A DNA stretch of 64,000 nt from the NCBI RefSeq assembly GCF_052425735.1, contig NC_135758.1, positions 25,978,001 through 26,042,000 on the forward strand, read 5' to 3'. Position numbers and translations under genes: made by a program. The notes below the pieces were generated by a model. The model ran no database searches and was not told the origin of the DNA. It saw nothing but the letters and a program-made list of their open reading frames with translations. Positions 55,747 to 64,000 of this stretch are shown here, in pieces. Within the stretch, counting starts at the first letter, position 1. Each line of letters opens with the position of its first letter. The DNA is from Oculina patagonica (Eukaryota).

Positions 55747-57079
55747 CAACCTCGTTCCCAGGGCCTCTCTCCTTTTCCTCCCTTGTCGTCGAGGAGAGAG
55801 ACCCTGGTTGACCCTGGTCACGTGACCACCTAAAATCTGGGTGGTAAAAAAATAAGCTGGTAGGGAGGGGTAACAGAGTCTTTTTTCGTCCATGTGACAA
55901 ATCTACCATGCCGGGGTGAGAGGGTTTAAATAATTGTTCCCACCCGTCAGCGGGTGTTTTAAATTGGCGCTTTGTTTCCAAAAAAAAAGGACCACCAAAA
56001 AAGTTCTTCTTTTACTCCGTTGACTCGAGTTTATGCCGGGTTTGTGCGGAGGTATGTGACAGTGATCGCAGCAATAATCTGTTCAGTGAAGAAGTGAACG
56101 GAACAGCGTTCTTCTTGCCGTGGCCGAAGCGCTTCACGGAAAGTTGCTACTTCGAGGAGATTTTCCTCAGTTTAGTAATAGTGTGTAGGCATTTAGTTTT
56201 GAATCGCGATTCAACTATTCTTTTTGAAAACTAAGCGGGCAATATTATTTTAGGTTCAAGTTCTTACTACGTGCGAAGAGTTGTACACGAATTTAATTTT
56301 CGGCTTCGCAACGAGTTACTTTAATTTCGACTTTAAGCCGTAAATTTTCCCACAGAAACTAAAAGAAATTCAAATAGTGTATCTAAGCAAGGTTTTCCGA
56401 AGTGCTGAGCAACGACAAAACAGAAAAGATTAACCAAAATTAACTTTATTTAACGTGAACTTGTTCTAGATCTGACAAACAAGATTAATACGCCATCTAT
56501 CGCGAGCAAGCGCACGCTGTAAATTACAAACTGACTGTTTTGAAGTATTTTCAAACAATTACCTGCCTTTCCTCGTCTTCATCAAGCCTCCTTTTACTCT
56601 GAATAACTCGTAGAGATGAATAAGTGTACGGCAAAAGTTGTTTGAACTGTGCAAACGGCAAGAGAGAAGGAGCTTATTGTAAAAGTTTTGAATTTCCATG
56701 CGTACGTGAGCGGAACCCGATACAGCGCAGCGACATCAATTTCAATTTTAGAACCAAAAAGGCCCGGGAAAAGGCTGTTTCACTTTTAAGGTAATATTGA
56801 CGTCGTATCCAGAAGAACACAACGCTTTCAGAAGACAACTGGCTAGAAGAAAAACACACTTGGTCTATCAGCCGCCATTTTAAACCAAAATCTTGCATGT
56901 CCCTTCAATACCCTGGAGAGTAATTTTTGTTCATCTTGACAAAATTGGTTGAATGACCCACCCCCGCTGCGGTATTTTTTTGCCACCCAGATTTTGGGTG
57001 ACACGTGACCAGGGTCAACCAGGGTCTCTCTCCTCGACGACAAGGGAGGAAAAGGAGAGAGGCCCTGGGAACGAGGTTG
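55747..57079. mobile_element. Non-autonomous DNA transposon with ~110-bp TIRs and 9-bp TSD (Mutator-like by TSD length)
   Basis: Ends CAACCTCGTTCCCAGGGCCTCTCTCC... / ...GGAGAGAGGCCCTGGGAACGAGGTTG; TSD TGCATTCCC at 55738-55746 and 57080-57088. Confidence 0.9.
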
Positions 57080-57158
57080 TGCATTCCCGACCTTTTATAT
57101 CCTAGAATGTTAAACAACTCCAAATAAGGGAAGTGCGATGACGTGGTTTAGAAAACCT

Positions 57159-60100
57159 CAACCTCGTCCCCAGGGGCTTCTCGGTAAATGGCAGTCGTTA
57201 CGAGATGACCCTGGCCAAGGCTGATATAACGGCATCGCAGAGTGGTCTATTCTAACCTCAATCCTGATTGGTTCATGTAATCCAAAACAAATATGGCGGA
57301 CAAGAGTGGGTCTTAATGGGGTCGATTTTACTTGAAATTTAAGCCATTTACAGCTGCAAAGGTAAGTCTTTTCCAATATATTTATAATTCTTAAGATTCA
57401 AATAATTCGGTAGAAGTAGAAGCGTTAAATTCACTTCATTGCGAACTTTTCGCTTTGCTGTTTTGACTGTTTTATAACTTAATATTCCTGCCGAAAGTAG
57501 AACCTAGTTCTGTCGGAAAGTAACATTCAAGATGAAAGAGTCATTTCGACACCGGGCTGCAGCTATGTACGAGATGCAAATCTAAAACGTAAAGGAATTT
57601 CTGCCCGTCGTAGACATAGTTGGACCTAAAGTGCTCGTGTTCTTTTTCGGAGGAAATTCGATTTCAATTTGTCGCGTTCGAACACATATCATCACCCATT
57701 CACTGTCTGCATTCTTCCGAATATGATATTGGTGCTTTCTAAGGGTCTGTTCTCATTATGAATTTATTTATACCACTCCTTTTTTGTAGGTCCTTATACA
57801 AGTGGTGGACGTGTTTTAAATCATGCTCAAGTAGTGCTGGAGAAAATAGGTGACCAAAGGAGATAAATTAAGCGTGTTAATAAGGGATCTATTAAAATAT
57901 TAATTAATTAATGTGAAGGATAAAAAAACTTTGGTCAATTTAATTTCTTTAAAAAATTAAAGTTGTATCGTGTACTGTTCTCAGAATATGTTGTCTCAGA
58001 CTTGCTTGCTTTCCCTTTTACAGTTACCTCATGATCAGTAAAGGCTGATTGCAAACATGACAGACAGAGTATATTGAAATTTAAAAACAATTTGTAACAA
58101 AATATTTCTGATGAAACTTGAGGTATTTGAAAATGTGATCAAACACTTAAATGAGACTAAAAAAGAGAAAAATCAGGAAAATAAAACTACAAAATATGTT
58201 CTTTGTGAGGTCATTTACCTATCTCACTGTCATAGTTTTGATTTGTCTTTAGGTTCCCTAAATGGATATTTTATAAGGAAAACCTTATCAGTGTACTGTT
58301 TTAACGTGGCTCATTGCACATCAAAACCTGAAAGCATTGTACTGTGGAAATGTTTGGGAAGTCATGTGTCACTTGGATGATGAAGCCCAGCCCTGTTTGC
58401 CCCAGCAGGGGTACTTAGGGTTTCAAGTGACAGGGATGATAGAAGGATTTTTTTGGGTTTGACAGTTTCGGTTCCGGGATTTTTTTGGGTAGGAAAATTT
58501 GTAAGTATTTTTTTTTTAATAAAAATAAGGGAATTAATTTTTGGTCCAGGGATTTTTTTGGGCTTCTGTGGGAAGCCCTAGGGATTTTTTTGGGTCTTGA
58601 TTTTTGCGCTCATTCGATCATCCCCGTCACTTGAAATCCTGAGTACCCCCTGGGCTGTTTGCAGCCTTTAATGCCTATGCTAGATAAGATGCAAAACATT
58701 TCTTCCTTTCACAAGATTTGCTATTTTCCAAAAACTTTGCTGTGGCAGTGCATTGCTTTAACAGTTCATACTTTTTTTAATTTCAAGTATTATTTTCTAA
58801 TCTTTTTCATGCCAGCAATAGCTACTTAAGGCCAAAATGGCTCTGATTTCTTTACCCTATCCCAGACAAAATTGGTTAAAACCCCTCCTCCACATACAGC
58901 AATACGCGCCTATGTAGAGCTTCAAATTAGATATTATGTACCACCTTCACTCTCTTGTGATAAAACAGGCAGCATTTTTTTGAAACTAACAGAACATGAT
59001 CATCATAAAATTAATATTTACAAGGCTGAAAAGTGATTAAAATCCACAGATGCCATCTACGCAAAAATCCATTTCACTCTCTTGAGTGATTAATTATTTG
59101 CACAGCACAATCTTTTTACAAGTATGGGATCACTGGAGGCCAAATGATCCAACAATGGCATTCAGAACTAACAAGTCTATTCTTATGTTTTAGAGCTCTT
59201 TTCATGGGGATAAACAGTGTCTGTGTGGACAGTCTCACAAATTTTAAAGATGACTGTTTTGAGTCAAAACAATTTTTTTGCTCCTGTTTAAAGAGTGTAG
59301 CTGGGGGTTGAGGCATGGGGCGCCCTTTACATCCCTCTGTGAGACAATTTAAGAAGCGAGTGTAAATTGTTTTTAGGTATTTTAAAACAGGAATTTTCTA
59401 CACAAATTATGCCATTTTGGAATTTATGACATCAATGTATTGCCCATTTGTTTCACGCAAAGAATGCATGCTTCCTAACAATACAGTGGAAACACACTGA
59501 TGTCAAAAAGTCCAAAATGGCAACATGTGGGAAATGTAAAAGTGATCATCTTTTAGCATTTTGTATTCTGATAAAATGTTAAATCATCCTTCTCCTGTAA
59601 AATTTGTGATTTAGACATCATTTCAAGCAACACAACATTAACTAGCCTGCCATATGTGGTCACAGGTGTAATCCCAAGTTCTACACCCTGTTTAAGTCTA
59701 TTATGTGCATAACTATGTGCATAACATATTTGAAATGAAAGTGTCAATATTTTAAACTGCTGTGGTAAAAAAGTTAAAACTAATTCCAGAAGATTACAGT
59801 TATGTGGGTTCACCTGTTTTGATGTACAAAATAGCCACTCAAGTGGATGTAAATATCTCAAAATTTCAGTTAGAACTTCACCTCATGTAAAAGTTTGTAA
59901 AACAAAGTGAAATTGGCCTCAACTAAGGTAAGCTTCAAACATGTATAAATTTGAGTTTAAGCTTTCAGGGGGAGCGATTGCAGAATACCCGGTCACTTCA
60001 TTTACATGTGTCCGAATGCTTTAAAGAATGAGGCATAACACAACAGGCACTTTGTTATTCAATGAGATGCAAAAGAGTGGCCGGGTATATGGCCATAATA

Positions 60101-60951
60101 TGGATATGGATATTTCATAATTTCAGTTACAACTTCACCTTATGTAAAAGTTTGTAGAACAGAGTGAACTTGGTCATATAAAAGCGAAAATGTATGAGTT
60201 TAGTTAAAGCTTTTAGGGTCAAGGTTATGTGTATCACTGTAATAAGTTAGAATGAATTATAAAGCAGAAAAATTTGCCACCGAAATCGATTGATATGTTG
60301 ATCATACATTTGTAGGGTATTAAGCACACATTTTGCCTCTTTACCTTTAAGCAGCTAAGTTTTAGTTTCTCTTGCACTCAATCAAAATACAGAAAGTAAA
60401 TATATTAAGACTTAAATAACAGTACATAGACTACATAAGCTTACAGACTGTGTAACATTTAATTTTTTTACTTTCCGTACCTTCCCGATTCTCATACCTC
60501 ACGGTCTACATTCGAACACCTGGCGAAAATAACAGGGTTTTCAAAACAAGCGGGCAGCCGCCGGAGTTCCACCAGCTACTTGATTTTTGTCACCAGTTTA
60601 ATGGTCGTAGCAATCAGCTTGTAAGAAACAAGCTTGGCTTGTCACAGTCGCCTACTCTTCCAGTTGCTGACGCCTACTTCAACATTTTGAAATCCCTGAA
60701 ATAATATCTATGCTTTACGAAGTAATCACTGCCTCCTGCATGAAGTTTACGCCCTCAAACGCCGTCGAAGAGTCAATTCGAATTCAAACTGGACCGCCAT
60801 TTTGTTTTGGCTTCTCTGAAAAGTCACGTGACAAAAATCTCCAAGATTTTTGGAGATTTTGTACCACGTGACCCAGCCTTTGCCAGGGTCTTCTCTCGAC
60901 GAGCCGCCATTTTGAAAACTCGTCGCCGAGAAGGCCCTGGGGACGAGGTTG
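57159..60951. mobile_element. 3.8-kb non-autonomous DNA transposon with related termini and 9-bp TSD
   Basis: Ends CAACCTCGTCCCCAGGG / CCCTGGGGACGAGGTTG; TSD AGAAAACCT at 57150-57158 and 60952-60960; no intact transposase ORF; contains a nested MITE. Confidence 0.88.
58401..58654. mobile_element. Nested MITE (same family as 20073), 8-bp TSD
   Basis: TSD CTGTTTGC at 58393-58400 and 58655-58662; TIR GGGGTACT.AGG.TTTCAAGTGAC. Confidence 0.8.
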
Positions 60952-61375
60952 AGAAAACCTCTTAGCAACCATGAATAATACATTTTGTTGGGTAGGAATG
61001 AGTTGCTCAGTACAATTTTATAAAATGGCAACCTCGTTCCCAAAGCTCTCTCCCTTCATCGAGAAAATTCTTTTCTTTCTAAGAAGAAGAAAGGGCACTC
61101 TGGTTGATTAGTTGCATTTTTTTTAATATATGATTTGGGTTAACCATGAAAAGGCCTTATATCAGTCTCTTCCATTTATAAGGACTTCCGAAAGGAGTTC
61201 TATAAATAAACATGGATAAATACAGACAAACATCAACGAAGCAAGACACTACAACTGGTGCCCAGGCCACTCCCATTCACGAGAAAGTGAAAGTGCTATG
61301 CATAACGATTGCCCGGATGTTTTCTGAGTATTTATTCTTGCGCAATTTTTTGCACGAATAACTGTTCTTGAATCA

Positions 61376-62611
61376 ATGTCAGTCATGGCGTTGCGTCCGG
61401 GTCCAGAAATTTCAAGATTGAAATCGTCTCATCCACTTGCGTACAGCATGTTTAAGTATCAGCATCCTATTATTTTTAAAAAGTTTGTAGTCAATTTTGT
61501 AAGGTCTTTAACTATCGATGATCGTGCAGCATTTAAGCACTGGTGTATAGATCTAGTTCCGGGATCGAAGTTAGATGTTAACGTGGAGAGCGACAGTGAT
61601 ATTTTTACGAGGGTCCTGAAGGGGGGGGGGGGGGGGTACAAAATCCTATTTCCCAGCCCAGATTTTGCCCAAATCCCATTTCCCAGCCTATTTTTTGTCC
61701 AAATCCCATTCCCAGTAGTAAAATTCCCAGTGTATGGAAAACCGGGCTTAAGCATAATATATTTGTTGTTTTGATTGTAATAAATGTAGTCCACTCCCTG
61801 AACTCTCCCTTCGGTGAACCCAGGCACAGGCGTCGTTGAGCGAGTCCAAAAGTTAATATTGACCTGCATGCGCATTCTCAGAATTCTGTCAGCCCCAGCC
61901 CCCTCGCCCCCAAAAAATGGGGGGGGGGGGACGGGGGGGGGAGAGCTGAAGAAACTAAACCATAATCGACAGCACGTTTGGAAACGCACGCACAGATGTT
62001 AAATTAAAAAATTTAGTACTTGTGGGTTTAATACCTATTCATTATGGCTTTAGACAAAGGTTCCGACAATTTTTCTTGCAGATGTCGCGCTAATTAGTTG
62101 CGTAGTTGAATTTTTCATTTTAGCGAACTATTTTTACCCTAGTGCACACGTTGCATTAAGAAACGCCACACAAATATGCAGGTTTAGTCATGTACGGACA
62201 TGCTTCCCATTCCCATTTTTTGTTTCCGAATCCCAGTCCCAGTGACCTAAATCCCATTTTCCCAGTGAAAAAATAGGCAAATCCCAGTCAAAATAGGCAA
62301 ATCCCAGTTCCCATTTTACCCCTTCAGGACCCTCTTTTAAGTTGATTGAGTTTCTACTTTGTGCTAATGAGTTATCCTTTACTAATATGTCAGTTCTTAA
62401 AGAGTTTCTGTCGAGTGTTGGTCGCTTTGATTTTTTAAAAAAGTTGAAACGAGTCGAGTTGCGTATCTCTATTGGAAGCATTTTAGAGTGTTATGTTCTG
62501 CGTAAAGGTAGTTCTGATATGAAATATTTTGATTGTTATGCGAATATCGTTGAGTTTTTGCTAAGAACCCGAGAAGAATACGGCGGAGAGACCGAACAAA
62601 TGCATGACTAG
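61376..62611 (+). pseudogene. B-type DED gene, interrupted by a MITE and truncated at a rearrangement breakpoint
   Basis: 61376-~61606 (FKKFVVNFVRSLTIDDRAAFKHWCIDLVPGSKL...SDIF) joins in frame to ~62339-62580 (KLIEFLLCANELSFTNMSVLKEFLSSVGRFDFLKKL...) once the insert and its duplicated flank are removed. After RTREEY the sequence switches to a copy of the A1 upstream region. Confidence 0.75.
61609..62334. mobile_element. 726-bp MITE inserted in the DED-B coding sequence
   Basis: TIRs GAGGGTCCTGAAGGGG ... CCCCTTCAGGACCCTC; flanks TTTTAC/TTTTAA; internal AAATCCCA repeats. Confidence 0.85.
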
Positions 62612-64000
62612 CCTTTTATATCCAAGAATTGCAAACAAACACCCTGATAGGGCATTGCTATCTGTACGACGAAACCACGGCAACAATAGTCTAAAGATAA
62701 GCACGCAAGGCATGCAAAATCATTTTTAGATGAAGAGGAAGTTTCTCTCCCAGGCGCAGCGATCCTTTTGATCAGCACTCAGAGCCAGAGTCCTGGGACG
62801 ACAATGATCATGCGCACTTCCTCTATCCTCCTACGTAAATTTACAGTCATGGCGTTGCTACCAGAAATAAATGAAAGCGTCCTTTTCACCTAAGTACTGC
62901 TATTGAAGGGTCCGGTTGCTTTCAAGTTGTTTGTGATCAAGCGTGTTAGGTCATTACTCATCGATAGGCGAGAGGCAATTAGGCACTGCTGTATTGGGTG
63001 TAGGTCTGGAGTCGATGTTAGGTGTAATCATATAGTGATGTTCAGATTTATCGAGTTTTTGTATAGTGATGCGCATGCGAACCCTTTCAGAAGACACTCA
63101 GACGTATTTTATTCGAAATTCAAGAATCTGATTGGTTCTCCCACTGTTAGGAGATCATATCAAGTTAAAGCCCGTGGATTAATTTCGACAAGGCACAAGT
63201 AGTAACGCAAAAATTCTGGAGATTTTGGATAGCGCGATTTTGACTTCTCATTTATTGTCAGTAGTCTTGGTGAATTTTTATTATTAAGGACACTTAAATA
63301 ATGACTTCTCAACTCGAAAGGACGTGTCACTAATCACTATTCCGTAAGACTACAACCTTGGAAAAGACTGTTGAAACACTTAGCAAATTTCCACTAATTT
63401 AGCTAACAGAGTTCAGTTTTGCACCCCTCCCCCCTCCCCCATTTCAATGTTGTTAATGCTGTAGTGCTTTTAAACCAAAGCCTGTCGAACCGCAAACCCC
63501 AAGACACAACATTGAGTAGGGGGAGAGGGGGATAAAATATTTTTACCCGCTTACAGTTCAGGATATTTGTGAAAAATGCGTGAAATGCGTTTGTTTCAAC
63601 TAGTTTTGTCCAAGATTGTAGGTATGTTTAACGAACCGCCCTGACAGTGACAAACCTCAGCGAAAAATAAAGCATCTTTAAAAAGCTTTTTTGTGAATGA
63701 GACCATAAATTATTATATCTGAGGGGTGTTTCTAGGCTAATTGAAACAATAACAAGACACTGTTAACGTCGCATCTTTTATTGAAAGTTCTCTAATGGTT
63801 CATTAACATAACATAACAATCTATAAACATTTTACGACGAGTCCTTTTATTATATTTGTTTCAACTCAGTTTGACATAAAAAAATATCCATTTTGTTTGC
63901 ACTTGGGTTTGTTCAATTCTTTGTTACGCTTTGTTTCTTTGTTAATATTTCGTAATTCTTTCAATTATGCCTATATTCCTCTTGTTTAAGATTTTAGGTC
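62579..64000. repeat. Segmental duplicate of 50236-51936
   Basis: Similarity starts at TACGGCGGAGAG in both copies and continues, with indels, to TTTTAGGTC at the window end. Confidence 0.9.
62849..63080 (+). pseudogene. Third, decayed B-type DED copy
   Basis: FKLFVIKRVRSLLIDRREAIRHCCIG...MFRFIEFL is homologous to 50500-50720 and 61376-62360; disrupted start region. Confidence 0.6.

Noticed and set aside
57159-60951. Autonomous transposase within the 3.8-kb element
   Set aside because: No long ORF or DDE motif is recognisable; only short exon-like fragments.

Overview
Eukaryotic, intron-rich, AT-rich genomic DNA. The gene set and the dense SINE/MITE landscape suggest a non-bilaterian animal, most likely a stony coral or other anthozoan (inference). 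Spliced genes reconstructed by hand, left to right: (1) an EGFL7/EGFL8-like gene (EMI + EGF + Ca-EGF + coiled coil; minus strand, ~1.9-8.4 kb, missed by the ORF track because of repeated 1-bp indels); (2) a divergently transcribed HMG20A/B-like gene that also carries a U1/matrin-type zinc finger; (3) an intact DNAJA1/4-like Hsp40 gene whose 7.7-kb intron 5 holds a ~200-bp satellite with an incipient higher-order repeat and a 188-bp palindrome containing two minimal hammerhead ribozymes; (4) an intact PTGES2; (5) from ~46.6 kb to the window end, a tandemly duplicated cluster of head-to-head death-effector-domain (DED) gene pairs. In that cluster two 'A-type' genes are intact and three 'B-type' copies are disrupted by point decay, a MITE insertion or a rearrangement breakpoint. 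A second, degenerate hammerhead motif lies next to a decayed ORF ending in GFGSTG inside an EGFL7-like intron. Many non-autonomous DNA transposons with clear TIRs and TSDs are present, including one of only 36 bp. All calls come from reading the sequence; no database searches were run.
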